A stretch of 64,000 nt of DNA from Azolla caroliniana (lineage: Eukaryota > Plantae > Polypodiophyta). This document shows, piece after piece, positions 43,513 to 55,778 of the stretch. The notes beneath the pieces are model-generated. The model made no database searches. It was given only the letters and a program-made list of their open reading frames with translations, and had not been told where the DNA came from. The stretch covers positions 5,766,001 through 5,830,000 of the forward strand of contig JBHGNT010000010.1 of NCBI GenBank assembly GCA_043228905.1, read 5' to 3'. The position numbers and the translations under genes were made by a program. Numbering within the stretch: the first letter of the stretch is position 1; every line of letters starts with the position of its first letter.

Positions 43513-45113
43513 TAATGATTATTACTTTCTTGATTGAGAAGTGCAATTATTTCTACAGGTTAGAGATTCCCTATTTATGGGAAATTCCTCCTTTATGATA
43601 ACACTCATGGCCCCTCTATTGAAGGTAACTCACTCGATTGCTTTCTATGTTGTCACTCGTAAGGGCTTCTAATGGCCCTTGATGCCCTACTGCACATGTC
43701 AAGGACTATCCATTTTTTCAAACATAAAGGAAAGGGGTGGCCCTCGATGCCCTACTTAGTTGAGTAATTTGGTCCTTTGAAAGTGCAAACAATGGTTACA
43801 AAAACTTCCCAGTAACGAACATGGAAGTGTAAAGAAACAAAGCAAGAAGAGAATGGAGGTTAAATCAAGAAAAAACACATGTGGATTAAATAAGTTGTTA
43901 GAGAGATAAGGAGGCCATGATATATGCATAAGGCTATATATGGAGGGCCAACTTGTAGGTGAGTAACAACACTTTGTTGTGAAACTATAATTAAGAGTAC
44001 ATACAATAAAAGTCATTAAGAGGGCCACATAATTAAATGCACATTTAGATGGCTTACGGTATTGGTTGTCACATAAAGCACTAGATTAAAACCCCAATTA
44101 TTAATTGAAACTCATAGTTTTTATGTCCCCACACAACCTTATTAGGCTCGAACATATTCACATGCTCCTAATTACCCTAATATACCATCTTTCTTCATTC
44201 TACCTATTGTTATCCCATTGAGCATGGACAAAGTGATGTGCACATAATGCTTATGTGCATGCCTTTTCTTATCTTATCCATAAACCCTAGGTCTTGGCTT
44301 GCCCCCAACATAGTTATCCACACCAAACAACTATCAAGATTGCACCCCCATGGTATAGCTATGCATTTCTCGTGCCATGTAAACAATTGAGTACCTACTA
44401 AGATTACATGCATGAAACAACAATAGATATACTCAAGATTTAAGAGTACATGAAGAAGCTATAAATGACAAGACCTTCTTGATGTCCCTACATGATATGA
44501 TTATGTTGGCTTGTTACTATGCATTCTCAACGACTTTATAAAGTGTTTCCCCGTTGTCGTAGTGGTACAACAATCGACTACTTGTAAGGTTAAATGTGTG
44601 AATGTAATAACAAATTTGTATCGGACAAACAAGATAGCGAGCCCATGACCACACCAATTGATCCAAAATTCTAGGCTTCTCACTATTCACTCCAAGTTTG
44701 CAATGCAATTTGATCTACTGAGGGGACAAAAAGTTCACACAACCACGGTGTGAGGCTAGAGCCCACTACTTAGTCCATAAAGTCCATAAATTTTATGCTT
44801 GTACCACACAAGGAAACAGCAGCACAAGAAGAATACACTGCTCTAATTTTTATACATTTTAAATCAATTCCAAAAATGAGGCATGATGATGATAAGGACA
44901 CGTGAGTTACTAGAATGCTTGTTACTATAGAAAGAAAAGGGCATTATATTTAATGCAAATCATTATGTGTATATATATATGTATATACATATATTAATCA
45001 CATGATTAGTGTAAGATTACTTAATAATTACTTGATTCTTAGTGTTCCTCTCTGGACACAGTAATCTTTGTGTGTTTCTGGATTAAAATTTCAAGGGGAT
45101 ATTTGATTAGTTG

Positions 45114-47259
45114 ATGGCTGTGTCCAACGATCAAGACGCTATGCGGACATTCACGGACCGAGCGCCCGACACTGTTCGCCGTCCTGTCAGTCACACAGGC
45201 GAAATGACACTTGAGAAACCACGTAAAAACAAAAACAAATATATGCATATATTTCCGGATCAATCCTTGAATCTCATCCTTTTATTGTTGATTGGCAATC
45301 ATTTTTTTCTGCATGCTTGTAAAGCGCATGTTAGCTATGATTAATTAATGAAAATTTGGACCTAAATTGATTAAAGTTTGGACCTAAGTTGATTTCATTA
45401 GGAGTCTTAAATATATGCATATATTTCTGGATCAATCCTTGAATCTCATCCTTTTATGGTTGATTAGCAATAAAGTTTTTTGCATGCTTTGTAAAGTGCA
45501 TGTTAGCTATGATTAATTAATGAAATTTTGGACCTAAATTGATTAAATTTTGGACCTAAGTTGATTTCATTAGGAGTCTTAAATATATGCATATATTTCT
45601 GGATCAATCCTTGAATCTCATCCTTTTATGGTTGATTAGCAATAAAGTTTTTTGCATGCTTTGTAAAGTGCATGTTAGCTATGATTAATTAATGAAATTT
45701 TGGACCTAAATTGATTTAATTATGAGTCTTTTAACTCCTTTTCTTCTCCTAATTACGCTAGCAGATGTACCGAGGGCGCTGGTAGCTGCAGATGATAGAC
45801 ACCCACATGGGTCGCCTGGTCGTGATCATCACAACTACACTGTGCTCCAACAACATGTGGAATTCTTCGATCGCAACAAAGATGGCATTATATACCCGTG
45901 GGAGACATTTTCCGGTGATTAATTGTTACCCCTTTTAATATTTACTTCTTGGTCGGGGCATAAATTCCTGACGCCCGCATCTATCAGTGGTTAGAAGTAG
46001 TGCAATTAATCTATAGATTCATGGTGGGTATTGATATTCAACATCTAGATCACACCACAGGCTATGTGTTTCTTGGTGTGTAAATAGCTTGCTTTGTGTG
46101 ATTATTTAAAAATATTGGACCTTGTAAGACTAAGATAATATCATATGTTTGAGCTTTCAATGTGGCTACACACGATGAAAACCTAATAAACCTGATGTTG
46201 TTTTGTGTTTTTAGGTTTTAGAGCCATAGGGTTTGGTTGGATTGTGTCCTTCTTTGGTATGCTTTTTGTTAATGGTGCCATGAGTTATCGCACTCAAGAG
46301 GTACAAAATATTTATCGATTCATCAATACTTTTCTTCAATTATCTATCTGGTTATGAATTGAGCTGACATGAGTTTTTATTGTTATCTAGAGTTGGATTC
46401 CATCACCCCTGTTCTCCATATATGTAAAGAATATGAATCGTGCCAAGCACGGCAGTGATAGCGGAGTTTATGATTCCGAGGGAAGGTAAACTCAATGCTC
46501 TATAAGAGCATGAAAGGCATGCAATTCTGTAGGATTGGGATATAAATTGGGAACATAAGATAAATCTAGATTATTTGAATGTTGAAAAAGGGCTTTGATA
46601 AATTGTTAGGTTTATTCCATCCAAGTTTGAAGAGATTTTTCACCAAGTTTCCAAGGACTCACCATGACAAAAGGGCTTTTATAAATTGTTAGGTTTATTC
46701 CATCCAAGTTTGAAGAGATTTTCACCAAGTTTGCAAAGACTCACCATGACAAGCTTACATTCGGAGAGCTGTGGGACATGACCGAAGCTTTTAGGGATGC
46801 CTATGACTTCTTCGGATGGTAAGATCTTTAAATATGTAGCACTATGACTTCTTCGGATGGTAAGACCTTTAAATATTTAGCGTTGTATGATGTAAGATCT
46901 CAAACTCAAATCATGTTAAATCTAAGATCTTTTTTAAGTATTTAGCACTATATTTTGTAAGATCTCAAACTCAAAATCATGTTAAATCTAAGATCTTTTA
47001 AGTATTTAGCACTATATTTTGTAAGATCTCAAACTCAAAATCATGTTAATGGGTTTTTTTACTTATTTTTGCTTGGAATTTGTTTTTTGTTGATTCTTGC
47101 AGGGGAGCTAACAAGTTGGAATGGGGTGTGGCTTATTGGTTGCTCAAAGATGAGTCTAGATGTGTTTCTAAGGAGGCGATTAGATCGATGTATGATGGGA
47201 GCGTCTTCTATTACCTCGAGAAAAAGCAAACTGCCAAAAGTATGGCCAAGTTCTTCTAG
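45114..47259 (+). CDS. Caleosin/peroxygenase (H-type), 6 exons, about 240 aa
   Basis: Exons 45114-45222, 45765-45914, 46215-46300, 46391-46485, 46693-46818 and 47103-47259. Motifs: [21 protein letters not shown] (EF hand), [26 protein letters not shown] and [12 protein letters not shown]. Confidence 0.92.
45237..45720. repeat. 172-bp tandem repeat (about 2.8 copies) in caleosin intron 1
   Basis: AAATATATGCATATATTTC occurs at 45237, 45409 and 45581. Confidence 0.9.
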
Positions 47260-49125
47260 AAACGTTAGCCATGTTTGGCCCCAATAGTGTTCTATAAAGC
47301 AAAATTTTATCAGTTTTTCAAAAGATTCTTCAAAATGATGGAACATGAATTTGTCCTTTTACATCATTTCATAGATGAGTAGTACTTCTGCATGTATATA
47401 TACATGTTTTAGGTATGGATGGAAGAACACAATTTGACAAAGCTAGAAGCTTTGTGTATACATAGAAGCAAACTCTTTTGTTTGCTCATCTTGCAGAGTG
47501 ATTGCACATCATAACTATTGCTCTGCGTCTAGTGTTCCATTTTGTCTTTCATAGATTAAGTAAGCTTTCAAGTTATAGAACATATTGTAATATATATGCA
47601 TTGCAGTGCAGTTGTAATGTGATGTAGTTGTAATGTGATGTAATGTGAACTACGTAAATAAAAGCAAATATATTGTTTTTTTGTCATCAAAACCTTTGAT
47701 GCTTTCACACAGGCTCTGTATGAATGCAAAATCTATTCGAATCATGGTGGTCTAATGCATTTATATTTTGGCAAGGAGTTAATTTCATCTCGATAGAAAG
47801 GCTGTGTGTGAATGTAATCTTGCTTTGAATATCTTTAAACCTGTGGCATTGATGTTCACATCTCATGCAGCGGTAGCAATGTAAATTGGAATCAAGTTCT
47901 TCAGAAGAACTTAGAAAATGAAACTAATCCAATCCCAACCAGCAGTCATTTAGAAGATATTTATAGATGGCCATGGCCAAGGGAAAAAATAGAAAACAAA
48001 ACTAATACTATCCCAACCAGCAGTCATTTAGAAGAATTCATAGATGGCCGACCACATGAAAGGGATGTGGATATGGAAAAGAAGATATACGTACCTTCAT
48101 GTGGTATTGTGGCATCTGCTGAAAATGATTAATTAAAGCATGTGTCTATATTTAGCTCATACCATTGCAAATTATGCTTAATACATGACCCTTGTTCCTC
48201 CTACAAATCAAAAGACCTAAAATAATTGTGGTAATTTGATGAGTGGAACTGAATCCATTTTCCTGAAAGACAGGACATACGTGACCTTAAATTTTAATCG
48301 TATGGAACTCATAATAATGACGAAAATTCTTTTGAACCTGTATCAATGTTACAGAAGATCTGAACTGGAGGAATTTGTAGAGTGCTTTAGTTCATTAGTT
48401 TGGAATGAATGATTGATGATGCAAGGAAAACAATAGTCATGCAAAACATTATAAAGTGCGAGGGAATGCAGTGTTAATGGGGCGGGTTGGGCATGGGGAA
48501 GACATTAGACAACAATGGGGCAGCCATATGAGCTGAGAGCTTGAGTGTATACTCCTTAGTAAATTAGACATACTGGAGTTAAAATAATTGTACTAATGCC
48601 TCATTTATGAAATCTGGGGGAAACCACTATTAAAGATGTAGCAAGTTATTAATGGCTATATGAGATATGCCACAACTAACTCCAAATTGCAAACATGTTC
48701 AAATTTTTGGTTGACAAGAGATTGCTTTTAAAAGCTGTAGCTCATTTTTGGGCTAAAAAACTACAACAGGTTACAACTACTACTTGAACAACGTGTTGTT
48801 CTATTGAAGCCCTTGTCTTGTGATAATGGGTATAGAGTTCAACTCCCCTTCTTAAGTTATCACAATGACAACCACTTCAATAAGAGAGATCAACAAAAAA
48901 CAGCTTACCAATAAGAAAGTTTGGAGCACATTTGGCAAAGACTAAGCAAAAGATTACATACATAGCTATAGAGCTAAAACATTACAAATAATTGGTGTAC
49001 AATCTTGTTACCCTGTGATTTTTAAGTATATCCTAAAACTCTTGGACACCAGCAAGGCATTGTGAGACAATGGACTTGCTTTTTACGTAGCCACTGTAAA
49101 CATTCTCAATAAATCTGTATGCTGC

Positions 49126-51978
49126 TTATTCATCATCTTTATAGGGGTATTCTTCTGCTACCTGCTTTAAGAGTTTAAGTCTTATCTCGTAAGCATCATC
49201 CCCGCGTAACACATCTCGCACCCATCGCACCTCCGTACGCATGGAGACCTTTTAGCCACAAGAAAACGAAAACAAAAAGAATCAAACGTCAAAACAGAGA
49301 CGACAATATATAGGGTTAACCTTGTCGGTTGGGAGTATAACTCCTGCCCTTGTGCAAATAGCAATACACCCCCCCTATTAAAAGGAAAACCTATAAAATG
49401 CCAGTAGTTTATCACAATTTCTGGAATACTCCTTGTTTCTAAAATGTTATTCGCCTTTTTAACATAATTCCTAAATTTAGGGCATTTTTATCAAAATGCC
49501 ACTCATTGTTTACCATCATTTCTAAAATGCCGCTCTACTTTTAACCACAATTGTTAGATTTTAGGTAAATTTAACAAAACGCCAACATCTATTAACATGT
49601 CAATGTAGTTTTACCATAATTCCTACATCTACAAACTTCTAATCAAATTCCCAAGGATGTCTCAAACTACAGATTCACATTGTCTAAAGATGCCATGGCG
49701 AGACCCAAAACCCAGGAAGGTGAGTTGCAAAATGCATGCATTTGTGAGATTCGGTTCTCATATGCTTGTTCATCTTGGTATCAGCATGGCTTCTTTGGCA
49801 ATACATTTAGTAGTATTTTAAGGAATTTAAAATAAGTTAATATCAAGAGGTACTAAAAAAATTTACCATCTCCAATGCACCTCTAAGAACACCACATAGA
49901 AGATTGCAATAATAGAGACCTTGACATGTCTCAGGTAGTTCGACAAAGTCTACAAGAGGGTTGTCATCGAGAATAAGACTACACTCAGTACCCTCAATAT
50001 CCCAGTTTGCAACTGTTGCTGTCACTCCTAGGAACATTTTGAAGCCTACCTACACAATCATACATTTAAAAAAATGGTTTAGTATGTCTTGAGAGTGTTT
50101 AGTTCTCATGTTTCAAAAGCAGAATTTCAAGAGAAAAAAAAATAGATATACATATTTATACCTTAGCGATCACTTCTGCGGTCTCCTTAAATTCTGTACA
50201 CCTCGTAACGTTAGACTTAGATAAGAAGTCATCAATTAACCTGATACCTATATGATAGCCCCTGCAATGTATTAAAGGCAACCCTATGAGAAAAAGACAT
50301 ACAAAGTGCTTCATTGGTGTTTTCATTAAGGACAAAAGGTGCATACGAGATACAATGGGACATCCTCTTATCGATTATGGGACACGTTTTTATGGGCTAA
50401 GAACATGGGATGCTTATATATATGAGCAAGGAGCTTGCAAGGAACGTAATGTGTGACTAAGACAATGCTACTGAAATTTGATGCCATAGGGCATTCACTC
50501 ATGCCAGATTTTATGTGTTTGACCACCATATGTCTACACTGCTGTATATGTCTAATTAGTATATGCTCCAAAGAAACCATTTATACCTGATCGGAATATT
50601 TTATCATAGGATCCATAGCTACCTTGTTTTTTCTCGGATTTCCCCATCTCATTTCAGTCTTCAGATGATGTATTTGTAAGATCGGTCACACTTTGGATAC
50701 TCTTGTATTTCTATTTTCAGACTTTGTATCTGATCTCACAATAAATGTAACTTTGGTTTCTATCTAATAGCATGCCAACTTGTATATGCGTGTCATGATT
50801 TCAATCCCAATATAAGGAAATCGCCCTCGAAAGTCAACAACTCTGCCCAAGATTCAAAAGCATGCACCTTTAGCATGTCTTCATATTGATTCGTCCCCTT
50901 CACATGTTCTACGTATCGCAGTTAAACTATAGAACCTAGGAAAGATGCCAAAGCATGGCAATATGAATTCTGGGAAATTTTATCATATACACAGCAAAAC
51001 GGTGCATCAATGTTACCAGATGCCTTGATTCTAGATCCATTTCAGCATGCAGAGAAATGAATAAGTTAAAATCCTATAATGATAACACCAGCTTCCTCAT
51101 AAAATTTCCAAATATTAGTGATCTCTTATTGGTTCACATGGGACTAGGATCCAGAAGAGTTCGGAGATTGCACTTCAAGATGCATAAATATCTTCGGCAT
51201 TGATCCATATCCCCAAAATATCAACATTGTCTCTAGCTGGGCGAGTTCAAGTTTCTTCAAAGACATAAATAGTGCTCCTTTTTGCTACATCTATATTGCT
51301 TCAGATCAAGGCAATTTCGCATCAACACATATTTCGCTTGATTTGACACATAGTATTGGAATCGAACTAATATTCCAAGTTAATTAAAAGGCACACTTGC
51401 CAGCTAAAATATTTAATCTAAGGTAGCTTGAAAGAGAAGCTCTGGTGAATGCTGAAACCCGAAAATCAAGATATCTCTATTCTAACAAATCACGAAGGAA
51501 AATAAGAAACAAAAGATCTCTTCACCTGTAGCAAAAATATGAATGGAATGAGTCCTTCAGAGGAAAGATCGCCATGACATCACCCAAAACAAAACAGCAC
51601 AAAATATGAAGAGAGGATATCCGACTTACATGGTATCAAGTTGCTTATTCACTTCTTCCACGTCTTCGTAATCGGTGAGAAGCTGTCTGACAATGGCTCC
51701 ATAAGTCAGAGTGAAGAGCTCTGCATTCTGCAGAGGAAAAAAGGACGATCATAAAGGAGAGAAAAACAAGGGGAGCAAATTTATTTATTTTTTTAAAAAC
51801 ACAACCGAAAAAAGAAAAACAGAGCAAATCATCAGCAAAACAGATCTGAAGGAAGACCCACAAAAAAAACAAAACAAATAAAATTATATATATATATATT
51901 GAGGAGAAGGAAGAGAAATCATACCACTTTCTCTACGTTTGGCACGCTGGGCTCGCCAGACCTGAGCAGGGGAGCCAT
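49126..51978 (-). CDS. BET3: TRAPP complex subunit BET3/TRAPPC3, 5 exons, 185 aa
   Basis: Exons 51978-51925, 51727-51630, 50261-50162, 50049-49867 and 49248-49126. Motifs: NAELFTLTYGAIVRQLLTD, MGYHIGIRLIDDFL, NPLVDFVELP, YCNLLCGVLRGALEMV, EEYPYKDDE*. Confidence 0.95.
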
Positions 51979-52510
51979 CTCTGTTCTGTTGTTGCTTTGA
52001 TCCTCTTTCCTCTGCCTCTGCCTCTGCCTCTTGCCTCTTCTTCCTTCTTCTTCTTCTTCTTCTTCTTCTTCTTTACTTCCAAAAGAGCTTTTTTACTAAG
52101 TAAACAAGAGAGAAAGAAAAATGATCCTAATCAAGCCTCATAAACTAAGCAATTATGTATGTATGTATATGCCTTGCTTCTTCTTCTTCTTCTTCTTCTA
52201 ATGGAAAGACAAAGACTATAGAGAGAGAGAGAGAGAGAGAGAAAGAAAGAGAGAGAGAGAGAGAGTGTGTGTGTGTGTGTGTGCATCTTTGCTTATGCTT
52301 GAGCTCGTGTTCATGCGCATGCTTTGTGTCCGTGTTCGTGTTTGTGTCCATGTCCGTGTCCGTGTCCGTGTTTGTGTCCATGTTTGTGTTTGTGTTCGTG
52401 TTCATCATGTTCGTGTTCGTGTGTGTGTTCTTGCCACGTGTGTGTGTGTGTGTGTGAGAGAGAGAGTGAGAGAGAAAGAAAGAGAGAGAGTGATTGAGTG
52501 AGTGAGCAAG

Positions 52511-52698
52511 ATGGATGTAGCTCAATTGGTAAGGTTGCCCAATGGAGACCAAGTGGTCATGGGTTCAACCCCTACATTCCACATTGGCATCTAGAGAAAT
52601 AAGAGTATATGAAGTATATAATAGAGAGGCGAGGAAATTGGGTTTCAAACCCATGACGCAGTGCTTGTAGTGTTACTAACTTACCACTAGGGTAATAT
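52511..52698. mobile_element. Small element with two convergent tRNA-like (Pol III A/B box) heads; SINE- or MITE-like
   Basis: Plus strand: TAGCTCAATTGG (52518) and GGTTCAACCCC (52562). Minus strand: TACCCTAGTGG (52684-52694) and GGTTTGAAACC (52641-52651). Confidence 0.5.
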
Positions 52699-53507
52699 AA
52701 TTACAAGTGAGTGAGTGTGCATCTTTGCTTATCCTTGAGCTCGTGTTCATGCTCATGCTTCTTATGTGTCAGTGCTCGTGCTCATGCTCGTGCTAGCGTT
52801 CACGTTCGTGTTGTATTTGAGCTTGAGAGCCTTTGTCTCCGCTCGTGCTCACGTTCGCATTCTATTTGGGCCTAGGGTAAGGGAGCCTTTGTGTGTGATC
52901 AATATTATATGGTGTAATTGGGTATTGCGGTACCAAGCTAATCATCCATCAAGCACCCTACTAACTAATCTTCCTTTGGGGTATCTAGTAATTGTCCTTT
53001 TTTAGACATTTTACTAATCGTAAGTTGTTTTGTCAAGTGACACCCTCTTGCAAACACAAATCTAGTAGACTAGTTGTTAGGTAGGCTAATAATAATTATT
53101 AATAACCGTTCTTCAGCAAAGTGACCTCTCCTATATCTCCAAATCCACAAACGGTCCACGTTTCGCCTTTGTGTGTTGGTGCCCGTAACTATCAATATGA
53201 AAGGAAGCCAAATAATATACACACAGTTTCATCGGATGTGTGGGTTCTGCACTACGCACCCATTTCTCCGTAAGAGTGTCGTGTCTTTTCGAAGGCATGA
53301 CAATTGGTTTTTGGTTTTTTGGTTTTTTGGTTTTTTTCCTTACGATACGGATGGGAAGGAGGAGAAGATCATGTGAATATACGGGGAGGTCCGATCGAGG
53401 GGGGGGGGGGGGGGGGGGGGTGGACATAAAATTAAGCGGCAGGGTTCAAATGGAAGAACAAGTGCGGAAAATCGGCCCACCTCAAGAATGCCCAATCAGT
53501 TGCATGC

Positions 53508-53721
53508 CCGACCAACCGACCGCCCAAATGGCCAACCATCGGATTGCCCAAATGGCAGCCCAACCGACCGTCCAATTGGCAGCCCATTTGATCGCCTGAA
53601 TGGCCGTCCATCCGACCGCCCAATTGGCCACCCAACCGACCGCCCAAATGCTCGACCAACCGACTGCCCAAATGTCCGTCCATCCAACTGCCCACAGATG
53701 GCCGCCCAACCGACCGCCCAA
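53508..53721. repeat. 24-bp GC-rich minisatellite, about 9 copies
   Basis: Consensus CCCAACCGACCGCCCAAATGGCCA. Confidence 0.88.
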
Positions 53722-53880
53722 TTGTACACATTTCTCTCTCTCTCTCTCTATGGGAAATCTTTCCTTCTATGTACATATGTGTGTATAGTGTTATCTATCT
53801 TATCTTACACAGGAAAACACAGACATATGTTCCAGAAAACGATGATAGCCTAAACAGAAGAAGTAGAAGAAGAAGAAGAA

Positions 53881-53888
53881 AAACCCTA
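53881..53888 (+). promoter_or_regulatory. Telo-box upstream of NAA10
   Basis: AAACCCTA next to a CT-rich leader; a site-II-like GGCCCA occurs near 53474. Confidence 0.4.
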
Positions 53889-54342
53889 ATCTGATAGACC
53901 CCTCTCATTCATTCATTCTTTCTTTCTTTCTCTGTCTGTCTGTCTGTCTCGTCTGGTGTTTTTTGTCTGTCTATCGATCGAGGGAGGTCTCGCCATATCC
54001 ATCTCCGCCTGCCTCCCTCTCCCTCTCCTTCTCCTTCTCTGCATCGAAATCGACCGCGCGCCGGCTTCCTCCCCACCAAAAGTCTTCTAAGGTACGCCGC
54101 CTGCACCACTACCTCACCTTCCCGCTTTTGCTTCTACCATTACCTTCGATTCCGTTTGTGTCTTTGATCTCTCGCCACATAGCCCTGCACTTTGCTTCCT
54201 TCCTTCCTTCTCCCTGTCATCCATCGCGCCTTCTCCTGCTGAATTCCTTCTGCAAAGATCTCTCATTTCTTCTGTTAAAGAACCTGACGAGGTGGGGGAG
54301 TTCTTTCTTCTTCCTGCTGATATCTGGCTTCTCGCTGCTTAC

Positions 54343-54615
54343 CTATCTTGCATCATTATTCTGCTTCAAATCTATCTTGCTTCATTATTCTGCTTCAAAA
54401 TTATCTTGCTTCATTATTCTGCTTCAAATCTATCTTGCTTCATTATTCTGCTTCAAATCTATCTTGCTTCATTATTCTGGTTCAAATCCATCTCGCTTCA
54501 TTATTCTGCTTCAAATCTATCTCGCTTCAATATTCTGCTTCAAATCTATCTCGCCTCAATATTCTGCTTCAAATCTATCTCTCCTCATTATTCTGCTTCA
54601 AATCTATCTTGCTTC
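54343..54615. repeat. 29-bp minisatellite, about 9 copies, in the predicted NAA10 5' UTR intron (54092-55034)
   Basis: Consensus CATTATTCTGCTTCAAATCTATCTTGCTT. Confidence 0.9.
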
Positions 54616-55034
54616 TTCTGAAACACGCGCACTTCTTTTTTGCGAAACTTATACCTTCCTCTCGGCTTATTTCTCTCTTCTTCTGCTTCAACCGTCATCT
54701 CATTCTGCTACGATCACGCTTCTTTATACTAAATCGTGCTTCGTTTTCTGTCAGCAGTTTCCCACTAGTCTTCCGTAAATCTTTCTTTTTTCTGCCAATG
54801 TCTTGCTTCATCTTCTGCTAAATCAATCAAACGGCGCTTCTTTCTAATCGTGATACCTTGTTGCAAAAGTTTCCTGTCTTACGCTCAAATCTTCCATCTT
54901 TTTGCTAACAAAAACGATGCTGCCTCTGTTAGAACAATGTTGTTGCGTTTCTTTCTGCAAAATCTTGCATCTTTCGGTTATTCTTCTTCGTGCTTAATCT
55001 TTTCACCTCTTCTTCGTCATCTTTTTTCAAACAG

Positions 55035-55778
55035 ATGGTCTGCATCAGGCAAGCAACAGTGGACGATCTCCTGTCTATGCAGACATGCAACCTGATGTGT
55101 TTACCAGAGAATTATCAGATGAAGTACTACTTCTACCACATCCTTTCATGGCCACAACTACTGTATGTAGCAGAAGATTACAACAAGAAGATAGTTGGGT
55201 ATGTCCTCGCGAAGATGGAAGAAGAAACCACAGAATGCCATGGCCACATCACCTCTTTGGCTGTCCTGAGAACTCATCGTAAACTCGGACTTGCTACAAA
55301 GCTCATGAGTGCCGCTCAGAGAGCTATGGAAGAGGTATTTGAAGCTGAATATGTCTCTCTTCATGTACGGAAGAGTAATCGAGCAGCTTTTCATCTCTAC
55401 ACACACACTCTAGGCTATAAAATCCATGACTTGGAAGCTAAATACTATGCAGATGGCGAGGATGCTTATGATATGCGGAAATTGCTGAAAGGTAAACCAG
55501 AGAAAGGAATTTCTGCACCTGAAGGAAAAGGTTTAGAAAAGGAGAAGAAGAGCAGAGATGAGAAGGTTTCTTCGGCAAAAGGAGTTAAAGAACCATCATC
55601 AGAGAAGGAGAAGCAGAAAAAGAGCAAAGAAGAGAAGGTTTCTTCTGGGAAAGGTGTCACTGCACAACCATCGGAAAAGGAGAAGAAAAATAGAGATGAG
55701 AAAGTTTCTTCTGCTAAAGGTGTTACAGAACAATCATGGGAAGAGGAGAAAAAGAGCAAAGATTCAATAACTTCTTAA
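55035..55778 (+). CDS. NAA10: N-terminal acetyltransferase A catalytic subunit NAA10/ARD1, 247 aa, single coding exon
   Basis: [78 protein letters not shown]. The ATG directly follows a CAG acceptor. Confidence 0.96.
   Translation: MVCIRQATVDDLLSMQTCNLMCLPENYQMKYYFYHILSWPQLLYVAEDYNKKIVGYVLAKMEEETTECHGHITSLAVLRTHRKLGLATKLMSAAQRAMEEVFEAEYVSLHVRKSNRAAFHLYTHTLGYKIHDLEAKYYADGEDAYDMRKLLKGKPEKGISAPEGKGLEKEKKSRDEKVSSAKGVKEPSSEKEKQKKSKEEKVSSGKGVTAQPSEKEKKNRDEKVSSAKGVTEQSWEEEKKSKDSITS

Noticed and set aside
49350-49620. Possible MITE in BET3 intron 4 (repeated AAAATGCC)
   Set aside because: I could not define TIRs or a TSD.
52511-52583. Functional tRNA gene
   Set aside because: The acceptor stem is out of register and the anticodon arm does not pair; kept only as tRNA-like.
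53508-54615. 24-bp and 29-bp arrays as CRISPR-like loci
   Set aside because: The units are head-to-tail with no unique spacers, no cas genes are present, and the context is eukaryotic.
53963-54821. ORFs of 271, 157 and 109 aa upstream of NAA10
   Set aside because: They are produced by a stop-free 29-bp repeat and pyrimidine-rich leader/intron sequence.
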